NCBI GenBank assembly: GCA_016873215.1
Contig: VGXU01000030.1
Coordinates: 1 to 24,000 of the forward strand
From: Planctomycetota bacterium
Lineage (GTDB): Bacteria > Planctomycetota > Phycisphaerae > Sedimentisphaerales > Anaerohalosphaeraceae
DNA: 24,000 nt
Reading direction: 5' to 3'
This document shows, in pieces, positions 6,172-14,604 of this stretch. Position 1 is the first letter of the stretch. Each line of letters begins with the position of its first letter. Position numbers and translations under genes: made by a program. The notes under the pieces were generated by a model. It did not search any database and was not told the origin of the DNA. It saw only the letters and a list, made by a program, of their open reading frames with translations.

Positions 6172-7272
6172 CTATGGTTTTGGAACTTTCAGTTTCATTC
6201 CCACTTCCAAACGGTCGGAACCGGAAAGCACGTCGTTGTTGAGCCGCATCAGTTCGGGATAGCGGTCGCCATCGCCCAGAAATTTCTGCGCGATTTTGTA
6301 CAAATGGTCGCCGCTTTGAACGGTATAAATCGTCACACCTTTGAAGGATTGCGTTTTATCCGCCTTTTTGTCACTTATGGCAAGGCTTCCATTTTTATCT
6401 TTAGAGCCGTTTTTGACAACCGGTTTTTCTTTGGTGACGTCTTTGACCGTTGGTTTTTCTTTGGTTACATCTTTGGCCGCCAAGTTATCCTTTTTGCTGT
6501 CGGTTGACATAAAAACATTTTTGAATTTGTCCAGCAAGGTACTCGTGCCGACGGCGGATTCTTTTTCCTTTTTGGCCGGGGCTGCCTGCTCCGTCGCAGC
6601 GGATGCGACTTTGGGAATCACCAACTGGTCGCCCACCTGAATTTTGTCCGGCGATTCAAGGATGTTCTTGTTGGCTTCATACAGCATCTGAATGGTAGTT
6701 TTTTTGTTGCCTTCATCCGTACCGTAATATTTTTTGGCAATGTACGCCAGACTATCACCTTCTTCGACGACGTGATTTGCGACGGCGACTGTTTTCGGCG
6801 CCGCCGCAACCTCCTGCCGGTTGGGCTTCTGAGCCTGTTCCGTCTTCTGCACGTCAGGCTGCTCCGTCTTCGATTCGACAACGGCCGTTTTCGTATCCGG
6901 CTGCGCCGTTTCTTTCACTTCCGCTGCAGGCGGAGCCGTATCATTGGAAATCGTCTGCATCGCAGGTGCCTGGCTCGAACCGGCAGCAAATTCATCCAGC
7001 GGTATGACTTCAGCAGGCGGGGTCACATAACGAACGCTCGTTCGTTTTTCCTGAAGATTTCGCGCCACGTCCACGACCGTCGGTTCAATCACCAGAGCAC
7101 CGCCGGTCTGCGTGGCGACGGCTGTTTCCACAACGGGCGTATTTTTGGCCGAAGGAATAAAATCCGGCACCCCGTTAATCGCGAGGATAATGATGGCAAT
7201 AAGCACCAACCCCAGCAACAGGCCCACCTTGGCATCGGCTGTCATTTCCGTGTACTCCTTTTTGCTCTGCAT
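6172..7272 (-). CDS. Membrane-anchored protein with two LysM peptidoglycan-binding domains and Lys/Glu/Thr-rich linkers
   Basis: N-terminal TM helix VGLLLGLVLIAIIILAI. LysM-like segments HVVEEGDSLAYIAKKYYG...IQVGDQLVIP and YTVQSGDHLYKIAQKFLGDGDRYPELMRLNN...LEVGMKLKVP. Same strand as its neighbours and tightly packed between rsmH and ftsL. Confidence 0.85.
   Translation of the reverse strand: MQSKKEYTEMTADAKVGLLLGLVLIAIIILAINGVPDFIPSAKNTPVVETAVATQTGGALVIEPTVVDVARNLQEKRTSVRYVTPPAEVIPLDEFAAGSSQAPAMQTISNDTAPPAAEVKETAQPDTKTAVVESKTEQPDVQKTEQAQKPNRQEVAAAPKTVAVANHVVEEGDSLAYIAKKYYGTDEGNKKTTIQMLYEANKNILESPDKIQVGDQLVIPKVASAATEQAAPAKKEKESAVGTSTLLDKFKNVFMSTDSKKDNLAAKDVTKEKPTVKDVTKEKPVVKNGSKDKNGSLAISDKKADKTQSFKGVTIYTVQSGDHLYKIAQKFLGDGDRYPELMRLNNDVLSGSDRLEVGMKLKVPKP
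6421..6480 (-). repeat. Two tandem 30-bp units (25/30 identical) encoding KDVTKEKP(T/V)V inside the LysM gene
   Basis: Direct comparison of 6421-6450 with 6451-6480. In-frame decapeptide duplication in the linker. Confidence 0.85.
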
Positions 7273-7282
7273 ATTACCTGTT

Positions 7283-8230
7283 TTATAATTTTCTGGCTAT
7301 TCTCAGCTTGGCGCTGCGGGAACGGGGGTTTTCCATCATTTCCTTCGCGTCAGCCATCAACGGTTTCTTAGTACAAATCTCATAAACGCCCTGCTGCCGG
7401 CGCGTCCTGAAATCGTCTTTGACAAGACCGTCTTCCAGACTATGAAAACTGATTATTGCCATTATACCATCTTTTTTCAATCGTGCAGGTGCGGTTTGCA
7501 ATAAATTTTTCAGATTTTGCAGTTCGTCATTTACCGCAATCCGCAGAGCCTGAAACGTACGTGTGGCCGGATGAATCTTCGATCGCCTTGCGAACGCCGG
7601 CTGCCGCAGAGCCTCACAAACCACAGCCGCCAGTTGGCCGGTCGTCAGAATCTTTTGCCGAATTCTTCGGTTGACGATAAAACGGGCGATTCGACGCGAG
7701 GCCCGTTCCTGACCCCCACGAAAAATCAAATCCGCAAGCTGTTTTTCATTCATCTGGTTGACAATATCCGCCGCAGTGATTGAAAGCCGGTCGTCCAGCC
7801 GCATATCCAGCGGCGCATCGACCTGAAAACTCATCCCCTTTTTCGGGTCAGCCGCCTGCGACGAACAAAAGCCCAAATCCGCCAGGATCGCGTCAACTTT
7901 CTCTATCCCCAGTTTTGAAAGAACCTCATCCAGTCGGGAAAAATTCTCGCGTATCAGAACCACACGACACGTCAGACCTGTTAAATACGTTTGGGTCCTT
8001 TGGATGCAGCTCTGATCCATATCCAGCCCGATAAGCGTCCCCTCAGGGCCCAGTTGAGAACCGAACAGCCGGCTGTGACCTCCGTGTCCAGCCGTGGCAT
8101 CCACAAAAATCCCGTCCGTGGGCAAATGGATGTGTTCGGTTAACGTCCCGGCCAATACCGGGATATGCTCGTTCGGCGAAGACCCGTCCATAGGCTCCGC
8201 CGAACATTCTCGCTGTCGTCCGGAATCCAT
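7283..8230 (-). CDS. rsmH: 16S rRNA (cytosine1402-N4)-methyltransferase RsmH (MraW)
   Basis: Motifs HIPVL, DATAGHGGHS, DLGFCSSQ, PLDMRLD, HPATRTFQALRIAVNDEL, ISFHSLEDGLVKDDF and ENPRSRSAKLR. Start uncertain: TTG 8236, ATG 8230, or ATG 8191 with GGAG upstream. Confidence 0.9.
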   Translation of the reverse strand: MDSGRQRECSAEPMDGSSPNEHIPVLAGTLTEHIHLPTDGIFVDATAGHGGHSRLFGSQLGPEGTLIGLDMDQSCIQRTQTYLTGLTCRVVLIRENFSRLDEVLSKLGIEKVDAILADLGFCSSQAADPKKGMSFQVDAPLDMRLDDRLSITAADIVNQMNEKQLADLIFRGGQERASRRIARFIVNRRIRQKILTTGQLAAVVCEALRQPAFARRSKIHPATRTFQALRIAVNDELQNLKNLLQTAPARLKKDGIMAIISFHSLEDGLVKDDFRTRRQQGVYEICTKKPLMADAKEMMENPRSRSAKLRIARKL

Positions 8231-8245
8231 TCTCAAAACGATTTT

Positions 8246-8455
8246 TTAGCCGACGACGGAAAATGCTGTTTGTCGCGTAAGCCGCTGAAGCTTCGGAGAA
8301 AGCGAAACCGCCGCGAAAAGCGAACTCTGCTTTCTGAGCTGCTCCAGCCGTTCAGCCAGCACAGCTACCGCCGAAAGCGTCTGTTCATCCGCGGGACAAT
8401 TCCCACTCAGGTGATCCTGCACTCGGCTCAATTCGTCATAAAATAATTCGGCCAT
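8246..8455 (-). CDS. Hypothetical 69-aa soluble helical protein encoded between mraZ and rsmH
   Basis: Strong Shine-Dalgarno GGAGGG 5 nt upstream of ATG 8455. Lies 11 nt after the mraZ stop, and its own stop is about 10-15 nt before the rsmH start. No TM segment and no recognised motif. Confidence 0.6.
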   Translation of the reverse strand: MAELFYDELSRVQDHLSGNCPADEQTLSAVAVLAERLEQLRKQSSLFAAVSLSPKLQRLTRQTAFSVVG

Positions 8456-8466
8456 AATCCCTCCAA

Positions 8467-8952
8467 TTACAATTCTATCTGACGGCTCTGCTTTTGCAGA
8501 ACCGTTTGTCTCGCCTGAGCAATCTGGGTTTGGTACTGGTCCATGTTGTCCACCATATACTGTTCCCAGTCTTCAGTATTCCAGATTTCGATATGATCTC
8601 GTACCCCAACCAGAGTTAACGCGTTTTCAAGGTTGGCTCGTTTCTTGATTTTTTCCGGCAGCAGCAATCTCCCCTGCCGGTCCAACTCGAGCCTGACGGC
8701 CCGCCCGAAGGTCAGACGTTCAAAACTCACCGCCTCATCCGGCGCCGTATATCCGGGCGCCCCGGTAAGGGCGAGCTGCTGAAAGTATTTTTCCGCGTAC
8801 AGGCATAAAATCCCATTGGGACCCATGACCAGATAAAAGTCGCAGCCATATTCCCTCACGTCTATCTGACTGCGGAGCTTGTTCGAAATGAAAAGCCGGT
8901 TCTTTTCATCCAGCGTATGTTCAAACTCACCTGTTAGTAATAAACCTGCCAT
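8467..8952 (-). CDS. mraZ: Transcriptional regulator MraZ
   Basis: GEFEHTLDEKNRLFISNKLR and LTLVGVRDHIEIWNTEDWEQY match the duplicated MraZ/SpoVT-AbrB fold signatures (DxKgR..iP, g....leiW). First gene of the dcw cluster. Confidence 0.9.
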   Translation of the reverse strand: MAGLLLTGEFEHTLDEKNRLFISNKLRSQIDVREYGCDFYLVMGPNGILCLYAEKYFQQLALTGAPGYTAPDEAVSFERLTFGRAVRLELDRQGRLLLPEKIKKRANLENALTLVGVRDHIEIWNTEDWEQYMVDNMDQYQTQIAQARQTVLQKQSRQIEL

Positions 8953-8957
8953 TTACA

Positions 8958-9023
8958 CCACCAGTATTCCATTCTGTACCACAAGATTCCCACTTTTAAC
9001 CTATAAATACCACCCACTTCCAC
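8958..9023 (-). promoter_or_regulatory. Six GTGG(G) direct repeats, mostly on a 10-11 bp register, overlapping the mraZ promoter and leader (MraZ-box-like)
   Basis: Plus-strand CCAC begins at 8958, 8979, 8990, 9010, 9014 and 9020. MraZ operators in E. coli are phased TGGGN direct repeats; those in Mollicutes are AAAGTG(T/G) repeats (from memory). Confidence 0.4.
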
Positions 9024-9033
9024 TTTCTGTCAA
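9004..9033 (-). promoter_or_regulatory. Putative mraZ promoter TTGACA-N18-(TGg)TATTTA with extended -10
   Basis: Minus-strand TTGACA at 9033-9028. TG at 9012-9011, then TATTTA at 9009-9004. This lies about 50 nt upstream of the mraZ ATG (8952). Confidence 0.5.
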
Positions 9034-9484
9034 TAGTATTTTCGGCAATTTTTATAAAATTGATTCCCCCTGCTTACCCCGAAACATCGAAAAATAGACC
9101 GAAAAACGCAAAAATACACAACATATAGATTATTATTTCTGAATTGCTCAATATAAAGTGGTTCATTTTTCTTATTATTGCCCCATTTTTCGCTCAAAAA
9201 AGGTATTGCGACAATGCAAAAAAATGCCTGAAAAACGCCTCTGTTTCGGCTATACTTTTGTAATAATTCTATAAAAGTTTAGTGATAGAAGAGGTTATAA
9301 TGCGTCTCAAATTAAGAGGACTTGCAACTAAAAATTGCCCGATACAGAATTTTTGCATTCTTTAAGCGATAGCAGTGTTGTTTTTCGTGATCCACTGTAT
9401 TGACATAAATATTACAATTGCGGCCTAATGAGATTGATCTTTGATTTTTTGAAAGAAAGATTGACTAAACGGAAAGGGTGATTT

Positions 9485-10882
9485 GTGACCAAAAGAGGCA
9501 AAAAAATCATCTGGTGGACAGTCACTATTATTATCGTGTTATTCGTTTCCTGCCAGCTGATGCATAAAAAATCTCCGAAGCAAATCCAGACTACGGTTCG
9601 ACTGGAGACAATCCAGCCGGGGCAGTTACAGGAATATGTCAGCGCACCAGGGGGGATAGAGCCAAAAACGAAGGTGGAAATCATCGCCAGGGTTTCCGCC
9701 TCTATACAGGAACTGCCTTTTAAGGAAGGCCGGCATGTCAAGGCCGGAGATATTGTTGTTCGATTGGACGCCAAGGAGTATGAAAGCCGGCTCAAGAGTA
9801 TTGAGGCCGGGTATAAGGCTCAACAAGCCCAGGCAGAAGTCACCAAGAGCCAGATTACCGTTCGCAAGGCCCAGTTAAAAGGCACAACCGCGTCGCTCGA
9901 GCAGGCCAAAAACGATTATCAGCGTCAAAAACAACTACTGGAAACACATGATATCAGTCAGAGTGCTTTTGAGCAGGCCAAACAAAAATATGAAGAAATC
10001 CAGTCCCAGTACGAATCCTCTGTCGAGCAGATTAGAACGGAAGAATTGAGCCTCGTGGTCGCCCAGCACAATCTGGAATCGCAGAAAGCACAGATTGATG
10101 AAGCGAAAGAGGCTCTTGAATACACCATTATGCGTTCACCGATTGACGGCGTTGTGACGCGGATTAACAAAGAGGTCGGCGAAATGGTGACCGGTTCGAT
10201 GAATTATTCGGGTACGTTGATTATGACTGTGGCGGATTTGTCGCAGATGCTGCTGGTGGCACAGGTCGACGAGGCAGATGTGGGTAAAATTCGTGTCGGG
10301 CAGGAAACGAACATTCGTGTCAAGGCATTCTGGGACCAGGTCTATCACGGTAAAGTGGGATATATCGCACTGGTTGACGGCGAACCGGGAAACGAAAACT
10401 ATAATAATAATAACTCTAAATCGACCAAGTATTACCGCACGGAAATTCTCATTGAAGGCGATGTCAGCAAATTGTACACCGGGCTGACGGCGGATGTAGA
10501 TATCTTTACCAACACCCATACCGGCGTTCTTAAAGTTCCCAGCCAAGCAGTTGTGACCCGAAAATTCGATGACCTGCCGCCGGCCATCCGGGATAAGAAT
10601 CCTTTAGTCGATCCAAATAAGGCCGATGTGACAGTGGTATTTCGGCAGATCAACGGGAAAACAGCGGCGACACCGGTGAAGATTGGGCCGAGCGACACAA
10701 CCCATATTATTATCGAGCAGGGATTGAAGGCCGGAGAGCAGATTATCATCGGGCCGTACAAGATACTGGACTCTCTCAGGCATGACCAGGCGGTACGGGA
10801 TGAAAAAGAAGCCGAGGCCGAAAAAAAAGCCAAGGACAAGTCCGCCGCCGAGAAAAAAACGCCCGCGCCGAAAGCATCATAG
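9485..10882 (+). CDS. HlyD/MacA-family periplasmic adaptor (membrane fusion protein) of an ABC-type efflux system
   Basis: N-terminal TM/signal anchor. Long coiled-coil hairpin region (QAQAEVTKSQITVRKAQL ... LESQKAQIDEAKEAL). The motif IMRSPIDGVV and a beta-barrel domain. GTG start with GGAAAGGG upstream. First gene of the operon. Confidence 0.85.
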   Translation: MTKRGKKIIWWTVTIIIVLFVSCQLMHKKSPKQIQTTVRLETIQPGQLQEYVSAPGGIEPKTKVEIIARVSASIQELPFKEGRHVKAGDIVVRLDAKEYESRLKSIEAGYKAQQAQAEVTKSQITVRKAQLKGTTASLEQAKNDYQRQKQLLETHDISQSAFEQAKQKYEEIQSQYESSVEQIRTEELSLVVAQHNLESQKAQIDEAKEALEYTIMRSPIDGVVTRINKEVGEMVTGSMNYSGTLIMTVADLSQMLLVAQVDEADVGKIRVGQETNIRVKAFWDQVYHGKVGYIALVDGEPGNENYNNNNSKSTKYYRTEILIEGDVSKLYTGLTADVDIFTNTHTGVLKVPSQAVVTRKFDDLPPAIRDKNPLVDPNKADVTVVFRQINGKTAATPVKIGPSDTTHIIIEQGLKAGEQIIIGPYKILDSLRHDQAVRDEKEAEAEKKAKDKSAAEKKTPAPKAS

Positions 10883-10902
10883 AGAAATCAGGAGTCTGTG
10901 TC

Positions 10903-11640
10903 GTGAGCGGACAATCAGTCGTTATCCAATTAAATGATATCCGGCGGGTTTATAAGGTCGGGACGGAACAGATTCACGCGCTGGACGGCGTGAGTCTGGA
11001 GATTTATGAAAACGAATATGTCGCCGTAATGGGTCACAGCGGCTCAGGCAAAAGTACGCTGATGAATCTGCTCGGATGTCTTGACCGCGCCTCGGGCGGT
11101 ATTTATGAGCTGGACGGCGAAGACACAACTCAAATGAGCAACTCTCAACTGGCGAAGGTTCGAAATGAGAAAATCGGGTTTGTATTTCAGTCGTTTGAAC
11201 TGCTGCCGCGGTTTTCGGCGTTAAAAAATGTGGAACTGCCGCTGATTTATTCACGCCAGACCATCTGGAATCGCAAAGAACTGGCTGGCAAGGCGCTGGA
11301 GCGGGTCGGACTGGGAGAACGCATGACCCATCGTCCCAATCAGCTTTCAGGCGGTGAAAAACAGCGTGTCGCCGTGGCACGCGCATTGATTAATAATCCG
11401 TCAATCCTGCTGGCCGATGAGCCGACAGGCAACTTAGACAGCAAAACCAGCGAAGAAATCCTGGCGTTGTTCAGGCGGCTTCACGAAGAAGGCCAGACAA
11501 TTATTATGGTGACGCACGAGGCGGATGTTTCCTGCCACGCCAAACGCATCATTCGAATGCGGGATGGAAAAGTCATCAGCGACGTGCCGACGGAACAGGA
11601 CGCCGTCTGGGAACATCGCAACACGGGAGCGGGACGATGA
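10903..11640 (+). CDS. ABC transporter ATP-binding protein, MacB/LolD-type
   Basis: Walker A GHSGSGKST, Q-loop, signature LSGGEKQRVAVARAL, Walker B ILLADEPTGNLD, H-loop VTHE. AGGAG Shine-Dalgarno 7 nt upstream of GTG 10903. Confidence 0.9.
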   Translation: MSGQSVVIQLNDIRRVYKVGTEQIHALDGVSLEIYENEYVAVMGHSGSGKSTLMNLLGCLDRASGGIYELDGEDTTQMSNSQLAKVRNEKIGFVFQSFELLPRFSALKNVELPLIYSRQTIWNRKELAGKALERVGLGERMTHRPNQLSGGEKQRVAVARALINNPSILLADEPTGNLDSKTSEEILALFRRLHEEGQTIIMVTHEADVSCHAKRIIRMRDGKVISDVPTEQDAVWEHRNTGAGR

Positions 11641-12911
11641 TTATGCTTTGGAATATTCTGTTCCGCCTGCTACGACTTATCGGGCAAAGCATTTGTCTTG
11701 CCCTGGGGCAAATCTGGGTCAACAAAACCCGTTCAGTGCTGACGACGCTGGGCATTATTATCGGCGTAGCATCGGTGGTATCGGTTATCGCTGCGATGAG
11801 CGGCCTGAAGGCCAAGGTGATGAGCGATATCGAAACCTTCGGCACCAATCGTATTTTTGTCCGGCCTACGCGCCCGGACAGCGGCAAATACAAAAATGTA
11901 TCCTGGAGCGTTATCCGGTTTAAACCTGAACAATTTGAAGGACTTCTGGAGTATTGTCCCTCCGTATCCTGTTTTACACCTTTCGATAGCGAGAGGGATA
12001 ATATCCGATACAGGGAACGAACCCTTGAAAGAATTCGTATCAATGGGATTGAGTCGGCCTGGCACACGATTGAATCAAGACCCGTCATTATTGGAAGAGC
12101 TTTTTCGGTCATTGACCAGACCCAGGCTCGTTCGGTCTGCCTGTTGTCGCAAAGACTTCGAGATAAGCTCGGAATGAATCGCGATTGTACCGGGGAATTG
12201 GTTACCATCGGCTATCGTACCTATCGTGTATTGGGTGTAGTGGAAGAAAAGCCCTCAATGTCCATGATTGGCGGCGACAGCGGCAATGAAGAATTCGAGG
12301 CATTTATTCCATTTTTAACCATGTATCGAAATTCTGGCAACTGGTCATGGTTTGAAGTCATGGCCGCCAGCAATTCCACGGATGTCTCTGAGGAAGCCAA
12401 GGCGGAACTCAATTTCTTTCTGCGTCAGCGGCGTCATATCGAACCTGGCGAGCCTCCTACGTTCGATGTGATGACAATAGAAAGCGAAGTTCGAAAATTC
12501 CAGGAAATCTCCGCCGTTTTCACCATGGTCGCCTCCGGAATTGTCGGCATTTCTCTGCTGGTCGGCGGCATTGGCATCATGAATATTATGTTAGTCTCTG
12601 TATCAGAACGAACCCGCGAAATCGGCCTGCGCAAAGCCGTGGGCGCAGGTTCCATAGCTATCCTGACGCAATTTCTGGTGGAAGCCGTCGTATTATGCTG
12701 TATCGGCGGCCTGATAGGATTGGGATTTGGGCAACTGTTGACCATGGTCATCGCGCACATCCCCAAGGTTCCACTTGACAAAGCGTATATTCCCGGCTGG
12801 GCAGTATTGATGTCACTGGGCTTCTCGGCGGTGGTCGGCATCTTCTTCGGATTATTCCCGGCCGTCAAAGCGGCCAGACTTGATCCTATTGAGGCGTTAC
12901 GTCATGAATAA
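11637..12911 (+). CDS. ABC transporter permease, MacB/FtsX family, with large periplasmic domain
   Basis: TM1, then a periplasmic domain of about 230 aa, then three C-terminal TM helices carrying the FtsX-type motif ERTREIGLRKAVGA. ATGA overlap with the ATPase stop codon. Confidence 0.9.
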   Translation: MIMLWNILFRLLRLIGQSICLALGQIWVNKTRSVLTTLGIIIGVASVVSVIAAMSGLKAKVMSDIETFGTNRIFVRPTRPDSGKYKNVSWSVIRFKPEQFEGLLEYCPSVSCFTPFDSERDNIRYRERTLERIRINGIESAWHTIESRPVIIGRAFSVIDQTQARSVCLLSQRLRDKLGMNRDCTGELVTIGYRTYRVLGVVEEKPSMSMIGGDSGNEEFEAFIPFLTMYRNSGNWSWFEVMAASNSTDVSEEAKAELNFFLRQRRHIEPGEPPTFDVMTIESEVRKFQEISAVFTMVASGIVGISLLVGGIGIMNIMLVSVSERTREIGLRKAVGAGSIAILTQFLVEAVVLCCIGGLIGLGFGQLLTMVIAHIPKVPLDKAYIPGWAVLMSLGFSAVVGIFFGLFPAVKAARLDPIEALRHE

Positions 12912-14595
12912 AAAATATATCATTCTGATATTGTGCAGTGTGATACTGCTGGCGTCCCTGCCAGGCTGTGCGATGCTTGACCCTGAAGACCAGTATTACG
13001 AATACAAAGTCCCGGGGAAAAAATTGCACACGATTACGCCGATAGAACCGAATCAGTTTACCGCCCCAAAACCGGCCCCGGCCAAAGAGCAAACGCCGGA
13101 CGCGAAGGCAGAAATGAAGGCGGAACCCAACCTGCCTCCGCCGCCGGAGATGCAGATGTCGCTGGAAGAGTGCCGGGCCACTACCCTGCAAAACAATCTG
13201 GAACTGCAATCGCAATTAATTGCCCCGGCTATCTCTGCCGCCGCTGTCGGTGCCGAAGAGGCCAAATTTGAAGCCGCTTTCTACGCCAATACATCCCTTT
13301 CAAACACGGATTCGCCGGGCAGTAAAAGCCGACTTGACACCAGCGGTTACTCCTCCGGCTATGGCGCATCTCAATATCACAACGTTAATTCCAGAACCGG
13401 CGTTCAGATGCCGCTGCGCACCGGCGGAACGCTGGATTTCAGTCTGGCCGACTCCCGTACTCACAATCTGGCGCCCGGCACCAGCCCGCAGTACCAGAAC
13501 AATTTTACGTTCTCCGTCAGCCAGCCGCTGCTGAAAAACGCCGGGCAGCGTGTCAATATGCACAGTATTCGTCTGGCCCGCTATGAAAAGCAGATTACCG
13601 ACAACACGACGAAACTCGAAGTCATTCGCGTCTTGGCCGCGGCGGACCGATCGTATTGGCGACTGTACGCGGCGCGAAAAGAACTGGAAGTCCGCAAAGA
13701 GCAGCACAAGCTGGCCACGGCACAACTGGAACGGGCCAAGCGGATGGTCAATGCCGGGCAGATGGCAAATATAGAAATCGTCCGGGCTGAAGCGGGCGTC
13801 GCGCGCCAACTGGCCGCTATTATCTCCGCCGAAAACAACCTGCGCACCCGTCAGCGCGAATTTAAACGGGTACTCAACAGACCCGGGCTTGATATTGAAA
13901 CACCGACGATTATGATTCCGGCAACAGAAGCCGACCCTGTGCATTATACCTTCGATACGCCGAAGCTGATCGACCAGGCGTTCGAGAACCGGGCGGAACT
14001 GCTGGAACTGGAGCTGCGTATCGCTGAAGACGTCAGCAAAATTGATTATCTGAATAATCAAATGCTGCCGTTAGTCACGATGGATTATACCTATAACGTC
14101 ACGGGAACCGGAATGACGCGTAATGATTCTTACGATATGCTCAATAAAAAGAACTATGAAAATCATCGCATCGGCGTCAGTCTCTGGGTTCCGCTGGGCA
14201 ATGAGGCGGCCAAAAACAACCTTCGTCAGGCGATGTACGTCAAACGCCAGCGTCTGGCCACCAAAGCCAGCCAGCGTCAATTAGTCAAACAGGAAGTACT
14301 GGACGCATTGGACCAGGCTGAGGCCAACTGGCAGCAGATTATGGCCGCTCGGCAGGACGCCCTGCTCGAAGGCGATTTGTATCAGGCGGAAGTTCGCCAG
14401 TTCGAAGTGGGCCTGCGAACCTCAACCGACGTGCTGGATATACAAACAAAGCTGGCCGATGCGCAAAGCGCCGAGATTACGGCGCTGGTCAATTATGAAA
14501 TTTCGCTGGTTGATATGGCTTATGCAACGGGAACGCTGCTGGGCGCCGATAAAATCGAATGGCAGGCAACCACGCCAATTGTGCCTGTAAAATGA
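12904..14595 (+). CDS. TolC/NodT-family outer-membrane efflux lipoprotein
   Basis: Signal peptide with lipobox LASLPGC. Two repeats of the TolC-type helical pattern (LSLEECRATTLQNNLELQ ...; FENRAELLELELRIAEDV ...). ATG 12904 overlaps the permease stop; the track start is 12880. Confidence 0.85.
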   Translation: MNKKYIILILCSVILLASLPGCAMLDPEDQYYEYKVPGKKLHTITPIEPNQFTAPKPAPAKEQTPDAKAEMKAEPNLPPPPEMQMSLEECRATTLQNNLELQSQLIAPAISAAAVGAEEAKFEAAFYANTSLSNTDSPGSKSRLDTSGYSSGYGASQYHNVNSRTGVQMPLRTGGTLDFSLADSRTHNLAPGTSPQYQNNFTFSVSQPLLKNAGQRVNMHSIRLARYEKQITDNTTKLEVIRVLAAADRSYWRLYAARKELEVRKEQHKLATAQLERAKRMVNAGQMANIEIVRAEAGVARQLAAIISAENNLRTRQREFKRVLNRPGLDIETPTIMIPATEADPVHYTFDTPKLIDQAFENRAELLELELRIAEDVSKIDYLNNQMLPLVTMDYTYNVTGTGMTRNDSYDMLNKKNYENHRIGVSLWVPLGNEAAKNNLRQAMYVKRQRLATKASQRQLVKQEVLDALDQAEANWQQIMAARQDALLEGDLYQAEVRQFEVGLRTSTDVLDIQTKLADAQSAEITALVNYEISLVDMAYATGTLLGADKIEWQATTPIVPVK

Positions 14596-14604
14596 GAATT
14601 ATAA

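Noticed and set aside
6304-8446. Several + strand ORFs of 67-199 aa (for example 6772-7371, 7517-7783, 8165-8446) opposite the LysM, rsmH and orphan genes
   Set aside because: They are Arg/Phe/Gly-rich low-complexity translations that fully overlap well-supported minus-strand genes. These are antisense shadows.
9300-9365. 21-codon ORF (MRLKLRGLATKNCPIQNFCIL*) with a GAAGAGG Shine-Dalgarno and an overlapping TATAAT (9296-9301) in the 530-bp mraZ/macA-like intergenic region
   Set aside because: It is too short to evaluate without conservation or ribosome-profiling data. AT-rich intergenic DNA produces such signals by chance, and no convincing -35 is present. It would only be worth revisiting if conserved in relatives.
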